Source of the DNA: an uncultured Planctomycetaceae bacterium
Lineage (GTDB): Bacteria > Planctomycetota > Planctomycetia > Planctomycetales > Planctomycetaceae
Assembly: GCA_963815195.1 (NCBI GenBank)
Contig: CAWFGE010000015.1
Span: forward strand, 96,001 to 160,000
DNA length: 64,000 bases
Direction: 5' to 3'
Each line of letters opens with the position of its first letter. Positions within the stretch are counted from its first letter, which is position 1. Shown here piece after piece: positions 31,695 through 43,265 of this stretch. The notes under the pieces are model-generated. The model did not search any database. It was not told where the DNA came from and saw only the letters and a list, made by a program, of their open reading frames with translations. Position numbers and translations under genes: made by a program.

Positions 31695-33447
31695 ATGGCT
31701 GACCACGTTATTGCCTTATTTGTGTCTCAATCCGGCACAAAACCGCAGTTGGCAAACCGGCTGGAATCTCGCGGCCTGAAGGTACTTGCCGCGGAGTCTT
31801 CGGAGCAACTCCACCAGTTCGTCAATACGCAGCGGATTGATGCCGTCGTCGTCGAACAACATTTGGGCGGTTTCTTGACGGGTCTGGAGATTCTCCAGCG
31901 CCTCCGCGAGCAACTCCTCCGCCCTCTCTTGGTGGTCATCGGCGAATTGACGGAATCTGAAAAGGTTCTGGCGTCCGAGTTGCGGATCGACTATGTCTGT
32001 TCGTGGGATGATGGACTCGATCAGATTTGCACTTCCGTTTCGGACTTGCTGAGCTTCGCCCGGCATCATGGGTTCCTGATCCCCGCAGCCGCCCGCCAAC
32101 TCGTGGCGGAGTCCGATCACATCGCCATCATGCCGCAGTTGGTGGTCCAGCTCGATGCGCTATCTCAAAGATGAAAAGGCCAAGGTGAGCGATCTGGCCA
32201 AAGACATTTCCTCCGATGCGGCGGTGACGGCGGAATTGATCAAATTGATTAACAGTTCGGCGTTCGGACTCAAGACGAGAATCACGCACGTCGAGTCGGC
32301 GGTGAAATATCTGGGGATAAGGCGCACCGTGTCGCTGGTGTTCGAACTTTCGTTCCATTCCATTCGTCAGTCTTGGCATGACCGGTTGCCGCCGGAATTG
32401 ATGAACTGGTTCGGGATGCGAAGCGTGGTCAATGCTTGCGTGGCATCGGCCTTTGCCGTTCGGCGGAAGGATGTCCAACCCGATACGGCTTACGTGTTGG
32501 CGCTCCTTCAGGATTTGGGAATTTTGGTGCTTTGCCACAAGTATTACGACCAGTACCAACATCTATTGAGACAGGCCCGTTCGGTTCCGTTGTTGCAATT
32601 GGAGAAGTTGGAGAAAGCCGAATACTCCTTCAGTCATGCCGACGTTTCCGCGGCCCTCTTACAACATTGGGAATTTCCCGCCACGATGATCCAACTCGTG
32701 TTGGATCACCACAATTCCACAGAAGACCTCTCGGAAATGGATCGAAAACTTCTGCATTTGATGAAGTTGGGAGAATCGGTGGCCAATCTCAGGGACATGC
32801 CTTCCCCCCAACGCCACATGCGGTTTCAAGAAATGCTCTCCCACTCCGGCATGACCTCGTCCTCCGACGCGAAAGCCTGCATCGCCTCGGCGATCGCGCA
32901 TTCGCGGGAAGTCACCAGTTATTTCGACTTGGGAATCCCGGACAAAGACGTTTGGTGGAGTCTCGCCCAGAGGATCCAAGCCTTTGTCAGTGAGAACTCA
33001 TCCAATCAACTCGTAAGCCCATTTCTCCGCAAGCCGGCTGCGGTAAAAACCGAGGCAGGGTCCCGCGTCCTGGTCATCGATGATGAGCCAGCCATTGGCA
33101 AGATGCTCAAGTTCTTCCTAAGCGATCTTCCCCTGACCGTCGAATGCCACGAAACTCCGCCCGACCTTTCCCAAGTGGGCCCGGACGTGGGTATGATCCT
33201 CTGCGACGTGCATCTGAATCAGCACAACGGCATCGACTTTGTCCGCGAATTGCGCGCGAGCGGTTTTACCAAACCGGTGATGATGATTAGCGGAGACCGA
33301 ACCCGGAACACCGTCATGCGGTCAATTGATGCTGGGATCATCGAGTATATTGCCAAGCCGTTTACGAAAGAGGTCATCCTCAAAAAGTTTCAAAAGCACG
33401 GTCTGTTAAAACCCCAAACGGCTTCCAAATCTTTACCGGTCGGATGA
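31695..33447 (+). CDS. REC-like-HDOD-REC protein, copy 1; frameshift near 32153
   Basis: INSSAFG, LLQDLG, HADVSAALLQHWEFP; extra G in ctcgatgcgc versus paralog ctcatgcgg. Confidence 0.8.
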
Positions 33448-33492
33448 TTCATACGGGTGGGACCGGCACTTTCTCGATGACGATTCGGATTG

Positions 33493-33732
33493 TCACCTTC
33501 CCACACGCTCCCATCCTTCAACCACCATCTCAATATGTGCCGAATCGCAAGCCAACGCATCCGTGGTAAGATCGCTCGCGGCAACATGCCGCCCCGGTGA
33601 CCTGAGCAATAGCCGGGCCACGGCACCTAATACGCTGCCGGAGTAGGACTTCTCATTTGGTGTATCTTGCCACCAAGCGGCCCAATGGGATTCTGCGTCT
33701 TTTTCTGCAATGATTCGCATGGCCTCCCTCAA
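33493..33732 (-). CDS. Hypothetical protein
   Basis: 79-aa ORF only. Confidence 0.3.
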   Translation of the reverse strand: MREAMRIIAEKDAESHWAAWWQDTPNEKSYSGSVLGAVARLLLRSPGRHVAASDLTTDALACDSAHIEMVVEGWERVGR

Positions 33733-33853
33733 ATGTTCATGCGCTCATGTGGTCTGTTGTCGCAGATGAGAACACATTGCGGCGCATGACTCAAGATGTG
33801 AACAGCTAGTCCTGCACAATCAGCGTTCGATTCTTGCTCCGGCCTCGCCACGG

Positions 33854-34138
33854 TCAGGAGCGGATATTCAGAACCTGCTGCTCGTTTTCCGACAAGCCTT
33901 CCGAAGCCGCGTTCGAACCAACCGGAAGCTGGATCACAGCGACTTTGTCGCCGGGGACAATGTCGCCCTGAAGGAGATTGAGAATATCCCCGGCTGGCAC
34001 GTTCGTTTTTACAATCCAGGTCGAAGAAGAGAACTCCATTGCATAAGGATCGATGCGATTCTGGATGGCAAGGGAGAAGCGATTTGGATTCCGCCCCTCC
34101 TCCGTGACGAGTTTGAAGACGATGAGATGCGTGTTCAC
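33854..34138 (-). CDS. Small ferredoxin-fold (Cas2/VapD-like) protein
   Basis: HLIVFKL...SSTWIVKTN...IVPGDKVAVIQL pattern. Confidence 0.5.
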   Translation of the reverse strand: MNTHLIVFKLVTEEGRNPNRFSLAIQNRIDPYAMEFSSSTWIVKTNVPAGDILNLLQGDIVPGDKVAVIQLPVGSNAASEGLSENEQQVLNIRS

Positions 34139-34646
34139 TGAAAGGCCCTTTGCAGCAATGACATAATTCGTCCCGCCTTGCGAATTGCAGCTTGATAGTC
34201 GAATTCAGGCCTTGGAACCGGGCAGCGAATTTCCCGGAAATTGCGATTTTCCCAAAAGTTTTTGGCTTATCTATATTTTTGTACATAGTGGCATGATTAT
34301 GCAAATCTGCGCAGACATCGCTCCGGCACCCCACGCTAGGGTATTGAACTATCGTATATTAACCAAATTGATGCACGTATTAAATCCCACGAAAATGTCG
34401 ATTAGGCGATTCGATTCTATGGGATGTTTTGGGATCCAATCGAGCATACCTCGGCACGAGTGGAACACTTGAAGGATGGATCAAAGCGGTCGTATCAGAT
34501 CGCGAAACTACAAAGGGTGGAAAGCCGAGCCTGCCAGCATTCGGAGGGGATTTGTCCGAGATCGAGACCCGATAGACAAAATAGCAGTTCGAATGTCAGG
34601 AGGATCTTCTCAAGAAATTGCCCCCCTTCAATCCGAGCCATCTTCC

Positions 34647-36401
34647 ATGAGTGATCACGTTATTGCGGTGTTTGTTTCCCAATCTGGGGGGCAACATCAG
34701 CTTTCAGTGCAGTTAGAATCGCGAGGCCTGAAAGTGCTCGTTGCGCAGTCTTCCGAGCAACTCCACCAGTTTGTCAATACCCACCGCATTGATGCGGTGG
34801 TGGTGCAGCAGAATCTGGGGGGATTTTTGACGGGCCTCGAGATTCTCCAGCGGCTCCGCGAACAGCTTCTTCGGCCCTTGCTCGTGGTGATCGGCGAGTT
34901 GTCGGAAGCCGAAAACCTCCAGGCCGCTGAATTGCGGATCGACCATGTTTGTTCTTGGGATGAAGGGGCTGACCGAATCAGCTCGTCCATTTCGGATTTG
35001 CTGAGCTTAGCCCGGCATCACGGGTTCCTGATTCCCGCGGGGGCGCGGCAACTCGTGGCAGAGTCCGACCACGTCGGCATCATGCCCCAGTTGGTCGTGC
35101 AACTCATGCGGTATCTCCAGGATGAGAATGCCAAAGTGACGGAGTTGGCCAAGGACATTTCCTCTGATGCGGCTGTGACGGCGGAACTGATCAAATTGAT
35201 CAACAGTTCCTCGTTCGGACTCAAGACGAGAATCACCCACGTCGAGTCGGCGGTGAAATATCTGGGGATCCGCCGGACGGTCTCTTTGGTGTTTGAGTTG
35301 TCATTCCACTCCATGCGCCGGTCGTGGCACGATCGATTGCCGCCGGAATTGATGACCTGGTTCGGCATGCGAAGCGTGGTGAGTGCGAGCGTGGCTTCGG
35401 CCTTCGCCGTGCGCCGGAAAAGCGTGCCACCGGATACGGTGTATGTTCTGGCCTTGCTTCAGGATCTGGGGATTCTGGTGTTCTGCCAAGCGTATCAAGA
35501 CCGGTACCGCGGCCTGCTTTCGCAGGCGCAATCCGTGGCCTTGTTGCAACTGGAGAAGGTGGAGAAAGCCGAATACTCGTTCAGTCATGCCGACGTTTCC
35601 GCGGCCCTCCTGCAACACTGGGAATTTCCCGCGTCGATGATCCAGCTTGTCTTGGAGCACCACCATTCCATCGAAAACCTCTCCCAAACGGATCGGAACC
35701 TGCGGCATTTGATGCAACTGGGGGAAGCGGTCGCCAACTTACGGGACGTGCCTTCGCCCCAACGCCACGCGCGGTTTCAAAATCTCCTGTCGGAATCCTC
35801 CGTGACCTCGGCCATCGACGCCAAAGCCTGCATTGCCTCGGCGATCGCGCATTCGCGGGAAGTCACCCGCTACTTTAATTTGGCGGTTCCCGAAAAGGAC
35901 GCTTGGTGGGACCTCAGTCAGCGGATGCAAGAGTTTGTCAACAATGGCTCCCCGAAACCTACTGCGGTCCCGCCGGTTTTCCGCGGACCTGGCTTCCAAC
36001 GCACGAAGCCGTCCGTTGTGATCGTGATTGATGATGAGCCGTATATCGGACAGATCATTACGCAGTACCTAAGCGGGTTCCCCTTGGAAGTGAAATGTTA
36101 CGAATCCCCGCCGGAGGCGTCCCATCTGACTCCAGACGTCGCCACGATCCTGTGCGATGTTCATTTGCAAGGCAAAAGTGGGATTGAGGTGGTTCGCGAA
36201 CTGCGCGCGACTGGCTATACGCGTCCAATCATGATGATCAGCGCGGACCGCACCCGGAATACCGTTCTCAGTTCGATCGAAGCGGGCATCATTGACTACA
36301 TCTCCAAACCGTTGTCGAAAGCGGCCCTTCTCGAAAAGTTCCGAAAGCACGGATTATTACCTCAAACAGCGTCAACTCCATCCCCAGCGAGATCGGATTA
36401 G
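34647..36401 (+). CDS. REC-like-HDOD-REC protein, copy 2 (intact)
   Basis: Close paralog of 31695-33447; HDOD motifs and C-terminal receiver (VIDDE, CDVHL, KP). Confidence 0.88.
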   Translation: MSDHVIAVFVSQSGGQHQLSVQLESRGLKVLVAQSSEQLHQFVNTHRIDAVVVQQNLGGFLTGLEILQRLREQLLRPLLVVIGELSEAENLQAAELRIDHVCSWDEGADRISSSISDLLSLARHHGFLIPAGARQLVAESDHVGIMPQLVVQLMRYLQDENAKVTELAKDISSDAAVTAELIKLINSSSFGLKTRITHVESAVKYLGIRRTVSLVFELSFHSMRRSWHDRLPPELMTWFGMRSVVSASVASAFAVRRKSVPPDTVYVLALLQDLGILVFCQAYQDRYRGLLSQAQSVALLQLEKVEKAEYSFSHADVSAALLQHWEFPASMIQLVLEHHHSIENLSQTDRNLRHLMQLGEAVANLRDVPSPQRHARFQNLLSESSVTSAIDAKACIASAIAHSREVTRYFNLAVPEKDAWWDLSQRMQEFVNNGSPKPTAVPPVFRGPGFQRTKPSVVIVIDDEPYIGQIITQYLSGFPLEVKCYESPPEASHLTPDVATILCDVHLQGKSGIEVVRELRATGYTRPIMMISADRTRNTVLSSIEAGIIDYISKPLSKAALLEKFRKHGLLPQTASTPSPARSD

Positions 36402-36465
36402 TCGCCTCGTCTCGGCGGCCCCAACACATCTCCAGATTCTCCCTGAGCAATGGTCCCTAAATCCA

Positions 36466-37850
36466 ATGAAAAAACTCCCAAACGACACGCCCCCCTTATT
36501 CCCGCAAACCGGTGATCTAGTTCGGAAGGGCAAGTCTCCGGCCGCCGTATTGGCTCTTCTCATATGCATTATCTTGTCGGTGCAGTTATTCGCTGTGCTT
36601 TTCGGGGGGACCTTGCTTTTCGGCTGGTCTTCTGAAGATTTTTTCCTGCATGTGGTCCTTGAGGCGACGGGGGCCGCAATTTCACTGTCTGTCGCCTATG
36701 GCTTGTATGCGAGAACGATCGCGGAAATGAAGCGTTCGGAACGGAGTCTTCGGTTAACGAAGTCGGCCGTCGAGCATGCGAACGAAGCCATGTTCACGAT
36801 CGGCGCGAATGGACGTTTCGTCGATGTCAATCAGATGGCCTGCGAACGACTGGGATATTCCCCGACCGAGTTGCTGTCCCTTTCGATTTGGGACATCAAT
36901 CCGCAATGCTCCCGCGAAAATTGGCCGGCGTTGTGGCAGGATGTCAAACACCAACGACGGCTGCATTATCCCACCGAGCATCGAACAAATGCCGGCGAAC
37001 GGATTCCGGTGGAAGTTTCCAGCTTGTTTGTGGCCTTTGAAAACGAAGAGTACCTCTGCGATTTCGTCCGTGACATCACCGAACGGATGGAAGCGGAAGC
37101 GGAACTGGAAGAGAGCGAAGCCCGCTTCCGGCAGATTGCGGACCATCTGAAGGATGTTTTGTGGATGACGAACGCCGGCGGCGACGAAATCATCTACATC
37201 AGCAAAGCGTATGAATCCATTTGGGGACGAACTTGCGAGAGCCTCTATCAGGTCCCGGAAAGCTGGTGCGAGGGGATTCATCCGGAGGATCGGAACCGCG
37301 TCCAGAGTGCGTTTTACGAACGGGCGGCTCTGGGCGGCTACGATGAGCAATTCCGGGTCATTCGCCCGGACGGCACGGTTTGCCATGTCTCAGCAACCGG
37401 ATATCCGATCCGAAACGAAGCGGGCGAAGTTTACCGCATCGCGGGCGTGGCGCACAACATCACCCGGCAAAAGGATTTTGAAGCGGAATTGGAGAAATCG
37501 AAAGCCGCCGCCGAATCGGCCAACCGCGCCAAGAGTCAATTTCTCGCCAACATGAGCCACGAAATTCGCACGCCCTTAAACAGCATCCTCGGATTCACGG
37601 AAGTGCTCCGCCGGGGCGTCGCCGCGGAAGAAGAGCAAGACACTTGCTTGGAGACGATTTCCACTAGCGGTCGCCACCTGCTCACCTTGATCGACGACAT
37701 TCTCGATTTGTCCAAAGTCGAAGCGGGGCAGATGGAGTTCGAGAGAATCGCCTGCAGTCCCCATGCGATTATCTGCGATGTCCTGTCCACGCTTCGCGTT
37801 CGGGCGCAGGAAAAGTGCCTGCAGTTGGAGGCGGAGTGGGCCACAGTGTG
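36466..37850 (+). pseudogene. TM-PAS-PAS-HisKA sensor kinase truncated before the HATPase domain
   Basis: AKSQFLANMSHEIRTPLN, ILDLSKVEAG; homology ends near AQEKCLQLE with no N/G boxes. Confidence 0.8.
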
Positions 37851-37990
37851 GTCAGATTCGCGTCGTGCTGCTGACGGAGATGGGCGGACCACCTCCTTTT
37901 TGCCAGGTCTGTTACGTTCGCCTTCCCCTGCCTCCCCTTGACCCCAGCGTGGGTGGTGTGCAAATCGTGTTGGACTCCAACACTCCCAAG

Positions 37991-38794
37991 ATGCGGTTGT
38001 GTTGCCCGCATTGTGCCGATTTTCTCACGGTTTCTCCCGAAGTGGCGGGTCACCGCCGCCGTTGTCCCGCTTGCCGAGGATGGTTTCGGTTGGACCTGAT
38101 GAAGGAAGGCGCCCATGCCGATCGCGGAGAGGCTCACTCCCCCGCCGCCGAAGCGGTGACGGCCGGGCCGGTTTTCGTGGATGTTGACAACGAACCTTCA
38201 CTCGTGTCGTCTCCCGCTTCCCAGCCCGAAGCTTTCGAACCAAAACCCAAACGGGCGAAATCGCCCCCACCGCTTCCCTGGCAGAGATCACCGCTGCCGC
38301 CGCGGGAGACGCAGTGGGTGGAAGAAGATGACTTCGAAGCCGATGAGGAAGATGGGTTTCCCGTCCTGGTCGAACCCGACGAGCCACAGTATCACAGGCA
38401 TGAGAGCCGTCATTCCGGCCTGCCGGCGCTTCCCTACCACGTGATCTTTCGCCTGCTGGCTTGGACGCTGTGGATCGGCTTTCCTCTCGGCTGTTTGTTC
38501 ATTGCGGCTTCGCAGAAAAGCGTGTTTTTCGGGCTGTTGGACGCGGCTTCGTGGTTTCTGCCCGGATTGAAGATCCCCGTGCGGTTGGCCAACCTCATTA
38601 TGAGCATTTGTTTTCGCTGGATTCGGTGCGCCGGATGCGGCGAATCCTTTCCCGCCCACACGCGTTGGACGTGCCAGTGTGGATACACCGCGCCGCGGGA
38701 GAGGAACCTGTTTCATTTTCGCTGCCCCATCTGTCGCGATTACCTCCGCGGATTCAATTGCCCGCAGTGCGAATCCACCATTTTGGTGAAGTGA
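37991..38794 (+). CDS. Zn-ribbon membrane protein
   Basis: N-terminal CPHC..CPAC, Pro/acidic linker, TM segment, C-terminal CAGC, CQC, CPIC, CPQC. Confidence 0.7.
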   Translation: MRLCCPHCADFLTVSPEVAGHRRRCPACRGWFRLDLMKEGAHADRGEAHSPAAEAVTAGPVFVDVDNEPSLVSSPASQPEAFEPKPKRAKSPPPLPWQRSPLPPRETQWVEEDDFEADEEDGFPVLVEPDEPQYHRHESRHSGLPALPYHVIFRLLAWTLWIGFPLGCLFIAASQKSVFFGLLDAASWFLPGLKIPVRLANLIMSICFRWIRCAGCGESFPAHTRWTCQCGYTAPRERNLFHFRCPICRDYLRGFNCPQCESTILVK

Positions 38795-38797
38795 ACG

Positions 38798-40557
38798 ATG
38801 CGTCGTCCCGCCCAACTCGCAGAGCAGGTTATCGGGAAAGCCGTGGCGGAAGCCACACGGGGCTGCGGCGTTTGGCCGCTGCAACCGCATGTGGTGGCGT
38901 TGGAGCCGCCGTTCGATCCCTACGATCGATACGAGGTCACGGCGTGGGACTGCTTCGTGAACGGCTGGGACGCCGGATGGGAGAGCAGCCAGATCAGGCG
39001 GTTGCTGCCGACGGAGCCGATCGACGTGTGGAGCGAAGTGACGTTGCCCGCCGACATCGACCAGCTAACTTCAAACACCCGTCGGCTGTCGGTGGCCCGC
39101 TTCCCCGAGGATGAGGCGACGGTGGCTAAAGCCGAGCAGTTGCTGCGGGCCCTGCCCCATCTCACTCAGCCTGTTTCGTTTGAAATCGTGGGGCTGGGGC
39201 CGATGCCGGAATATGACAGCGCAATGATGCAGCAGTTGGCGCGGGACCAAATGCAAGGACGAGCCGTGAATTTACAAACCGCCATCTGCGGTTGGAAACC
39301 GCCCCGGATCGTCACCCAATTCGCGGGCGCCCTCCCGGATATCCGCCGGCTGGAGAGGTTGCTGCTGGCTCATTATCCCAACTCCGCCGTGGTGTTGGAG
39401 GAAATCATGTCGGATGACCCGATGGACAAAGTGGACGTGGGACGGGAGGGCTACGGCGCAAGTTTGGCCTTGCACGGCGGGTATTGTCTGCCCCTGCGCA
39501 CGGTGACGCGGATGGACCCCGATCCTTTGACTGTTCCCATCTCGGCGATGGATCATTTGGGCAAAGAACAGTGGGCGGCGGTGCGGGTTCGGTTTCAGCG
39601 GGCCCTCGCGCCGTGGGAGTCGCTGTTGCGAACGGCCTTGACCGATCCCCACAAGCCAAAGCAGATGCTAATCTCGGATATCAGCGAACGGCACTTGGCC
39701 AGCAAGTTCGCCTCGCCGCTGTACGCCGTGGGCATCACTCTCACGGCCTCGACCAAGAGCGTCTTCCGGCAACTGGTGGGCTGGGCAACGCAGTTCTCCA
39801 CGCCGGACCATGAGTTGTTCTGCAACGACGGCGAATGGGTGAACGGGCAGTTGTCCGACGAAGAGCGGCAAAGCTTGTCCTGGACATTGACGTTCCGGCA
39901 GACCCATCGGCCGGGGATGCTGCTCAACTGCCAGGAACTCTGCGCGCTGGTGCATCTGCCCAATGCCACCGTGGTCAGCCAGCGATTGGAAACCGTCAAA
40001 ACCCGCACCCGGCCCGCTCCCCCGCCCCAGACGCCGCCGGGCGTGATTTTGGGCGAGAACGTCCATCGCGGCAAACGCCGGCTGGCCATCGTCCCGGAAG
40101 AACACCGCCGCCTGCATTGCTACGTGGCGGGAGCAACCGGAACGGGGAAATCGACGCTGCTGCTGAATGGCATTCTGCAGGACATCGAAGCGGGGCACGG
40201 CGTGGGCCTGCTCGATCCGCACGGGGATTTAATCAAGGATGTGCTCTGCCGCATTCCGGATCATCGGGTCGATGATGTCGTTCTGTTTGATCCCTCCGAC
40301 AGGGAGTTTCCGTTCGCTCTCAATATCTTTGAATCGCGGGGCGAACAGGAACGAGATCGGGTGATCGCCGAGTTCTTGATGGCCCTTCAGAAATATTTCC
40401 CGAGCAGTTGGGGGCCGCGATTGCAGCGGACGCTAACCTTTACCCTTCTGGCGGTGATGGAAGCACTCCCCCACCCCACCTTGGACGATGTGGAGCGAAT
40501 GTTGACCAATCCCGCCTTCCGGCGGCAAATCAGCGCAAAACTCACCCGCCAGCGGAT
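38798..40557 (+). pseudogene. Type IV coupling protein / HerA-like ATPase (TraD/TrwB-like), truncated by IS21
   Basis: RRLHCYVAGATGTGKST, LLDPHGDL, WGPRL; interrupted at the IS end at 40558. Confidence 0.8.
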
Positions 40558-40630
40558 TGTTCGGCGTCAATTAGCTCTGCTCTTTAGCGTCAATTAGATT
40601 GACCGTGCAAGAGGGAGAAATCGACGGGCA

Positions 40631-41083
40631 TCAGCCTTTGGAGCCAGGCTTTGACCCGTCCGAATCGGCCGAGTTTTTCTTGTTTTTCTTGGCGGTTTCC
40701 AAGCGGTAGCTGGGGATGTTCAACTCGATGATGATCGAGTGATGGATCAAACGGTCGATGGCCGCCGCGGTCGTCATGGGATCCTTGAAGATTTGCTCCC
40801 ATTGAGAGAAAGGCAGATTGCTGCTGATCAGAAGGCTGCCCCGTTCGTAGCGTTCGGCCAGGAGCGTGAACAGCACTTCCATCTCCTCGCGGCTCTGTTG
40901 AACATAGCCCAAGTCGTCGATGATCAGCGCTTCGTAGCGGCTGAGCTTTTTGATCCACTTCTCCAACCGCAGGTCGCGTTTGGCCCGCAGGAGTTCTTGG
41001 ACCAGCATCTGGCAGGTTGTGAATAACACCGTGCGGCCTTGACGCGCGAGTTGGTCGCCGAGTGCGGATAACAGATTCGTCTT
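40631..41083 (-). pseudogene. istB: IstB 3' half (from Walker A Lys)
   Basis: KTNLLSALG...LIIDDLGY...LISSNLPFSQW...AAIDRLIHH...SYR. Confidence 0.88.
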
Positions 41084-41086
41084 GAC

Positions 41087-43162
41087 TCAGCCATTGTTGT
41101 GCCCCCTTGGGATAGTGATTTGCTCGGTTTCGTGATTTTTGAGTTTTAGCATGGCGTCTTTAACCTCCTCAGTTTTGGGAAACAGATAGCACCGATAAAT
41201 TGGATCGACAGAAACCACGATCTGTCTTTGCTCAATTTTATGATACATCCAGGATATGTTGTGCCCGATTTCCTGAGCCATTTCCGCGGCGGTCCAGGCA
41301 TGGGGCAGGTTCTTTGCACGCGGGCTTTTGATCCGGTAGCGATGTCTTAACTTGTTCACGATTTGCGAGGTGAATTGTTCGCCACGACAGGGATGATGGC
41401 CTTCGCGATTGAGATCCGCCGCGATCATTTCACTCGACCGGCCTTCGCTGGTTTCTTGCCGGATGCGTTCCACGATGTGCTCTTCCAAGTCCGTGTGTTT
41501 CATTGAAAAACGCCGTAGGAGAGCCGACGTTTCGGTCACCGAACCGCCGGCCCAGACCATGCGAATTTGCACCAGCCCATCCGATTGCCGGTGAAGATTG
41601 ACTCCCGTAATCATCGTCCGCAACAACGACTTCTTCGCCTCCCAAGACAACTCGGGCCAGAGTTCGGGAAGCTGCCGCCCGACATCCGCGAAGGCGTCTC
41701 GCAAGGACTTTGGTACGCGGATCGGTTGGGGAATTTCTCGGCGGGCATCCGCCAGGTTTTCTTCGGCTTGCTTTTGCGCCAACAAAGCCGATTCCCATTT
41801 CTCTTCCAGACTGGCCGCAATCAAACGGTTCTTGGGATCGACACAGTCGTATTGTTGCTCGGCCCGATGGGCGGCGTATTGCAAGCGCCCGACGTCTTGC
41901 TCCAAATGCCGAACCACGTCCGCATGCGTGCGAGCCCTTTCGGCGGAGAGTTTCTCCAACACATCGATCTCGGCAGGCCGCAGCACTTCAAAGAAAGCTT
42001 CCGTCACCGCCTCGTCGATCTTGTTGCCGCCCAAGTACTGGCAGGATCGTTGGGCGTAATGCCGATAGCCAGAATTGCATGAGTATTGAAAGCGGTTCTC
42101 CTTGTAATTCACTCCCATCGTTCGACCGCATTTTCCGCAGCGCAATAAGCCCGTTAACAACGCGCAGCCGTTGCGGATGGCTTGCTTGGCGGCGAGTCGT
42201 TGTTGGATGCGGAGGTTGTTTTGAGCGATTCGGCGTTGGTTGTCTTCGTACTGCTCCCAACTGATATAGGCCGGGTAGATGCCGGGAATTAAGACCGACC
42301 ATTCCGCTTGGGGCCGGCGCGTGCGACCCGTGGCAGGACGACCGGGAATTCGTAGCGTGGGATTGACTTGCCGACGCCCATGAGCAAACGCGCCTGCATA
42401 AGCCGGGTTATGCAGGATCGAGCCCAACGAAGCGGCCGTGGCTTCTCTCCAAAACACTTCGCCCGCATAAAGGCCCGAAACTTGGCGCCGGGGAATCTTC
42501 AAATTTTTCTTGGCCAGGAACGTCAAGACTTTTTGAATCGTGCCCAACTCCACGAACTTGTCGAACACCAAATGCAATCGCTTTTGAATGCTCAGATCGG
42601 GATCGAGCATTACCGCCTTGTCCAGATTGCGGACCAAGCCCGTCGGCAAGTTTTGCACCAACTCGCCCCGCGCGGCCTTCGACAATCGACCCGCGTCCAA
42701 TCGCAATCGGAGGCTATGGAGTCTTGCCGAAGACATCGTGCCCTTCAAGCCTAAGAGGAGCCTGTCGTTGAAATCCCGTGGATGATACAACCCATCCACA
42801 TCACCGATGAGTGTGTCAAAGATCGCACACAATTCCAACAGTCGATGCCAATCCACATCGTTGCGGGAAAGCCGTGAAACTTCATAGCCCAGAATGATGC
42901 CGACCTTACCCAAGCCGACGTCGGCGACCATCTGTTGAAAGGCCCCGCGTCCCGCCGTTTGCGTGGCCGATTGCCCTTGATCATCCTCCAGGATGCTGAC
43001 TTGTTCCGGCTTCCACCCCAACTCCAACAACCGGGTTTTCAAGGCTCGCTGGTTGTGGGCACTCTCTTGGTTTTTCTCGACCTGCTTCGTCGTGCTCTGA
43101 CGAAGATATACGATCCCGCGGCGATTCAAATGGCTGGTGCTGACTTTCATCGATCCGTTCAT
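41087..43162 (-). CDS. Large serine recombinase (resolvase + recombinase + Zn ribbon)
   Basis: VYLRQST catalytic Ser, EVSRLSR, DRLLLGLKG, ILHNPAYAG, LLTGLLRCGKCG. Confidence 0.92.
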   Translation of the reverse strand: MNGSMKVSTSHLNRRGIVYLRQSTTKQVEKNQESAHNQRALKTRLLELGWKPEQVSILEDDQGQSATQTAGRGAFQQMVADVGLGKVGIILGYEVSRLSRNDVDWHRLLELCAIFDTLIGDVDGLYHPRDFNDRLLLGLKGTMSSARLHSLRLRLDAGRLSKAARGELVQNLPTGLVRNLDKAVMLDPDLSIQKRLHLVFDKFVELGTIQKVLTFLAKKNLKIPRRQVSGLYAGEVFWREATAASLGSILHNPAYAGAFAHGRRQVNPTLRIPGRPATGRTRRPQAEWSVLIPGIYPAYISWEQYEDNQRRIAQNNLRIQQRLAAKQAIRNGCALLTGLLRCGKCGRTMGVNYKENRFQYSCNSGYRHYAQRSCQYLGGNKIDEAVTEAFFEVLRPAEIDVLEKLSAERARTHADVVRHLEQDVGRLQYAAHRAEQQYDCVDPKNRLIAASLEEKWESALLAQKQAEENLADARREIPQPIRVPKSLRDAFADVGRQLPELWPELSWEAKKSLLRTMITGVNLHRQSDGLVQIRMVWAGGSVTETSALLRRFSMKHTDLEEHIVERIRQETSEGRSSEMIAADLNREGHHPCRGEQFTSQIVNKLRHRYRIKSPRAKNLPHAWTAAEMAQEIGHNISWMYHKIEQRQIVVSVDPIYRCYLFPKTEEVKDAMLKLKNHETEQITIPRGHNNG

Positions 43163-43265
43163 GCTCCAGTTCCTCCGTTAGAATGACGACGATTTGCTGG
43201 ATGATCCGCTGCTGCTCTGGAAGAGTCAGACGGTTCCACACCTGGTCCGTGGCAATGGGTGACAT
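42981..43265 (-). CDS. Small accessory ORF of the recombinase element
   Basis: GGAGG RBS; MSPIATDQVWNRLTLPEQQRIIQQIVVIL helical segment; tail overlaps the recombinase. Confidence 0.5.
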   Translation of the reverse strand: MSPIATDQVWNRLTLPEQQRIIQQIVVILTEELEHERIDESQHQPFESPRDRISSSEHDEAGREKPRECPQPASLENPVVGVGVEAGTSQHPGG

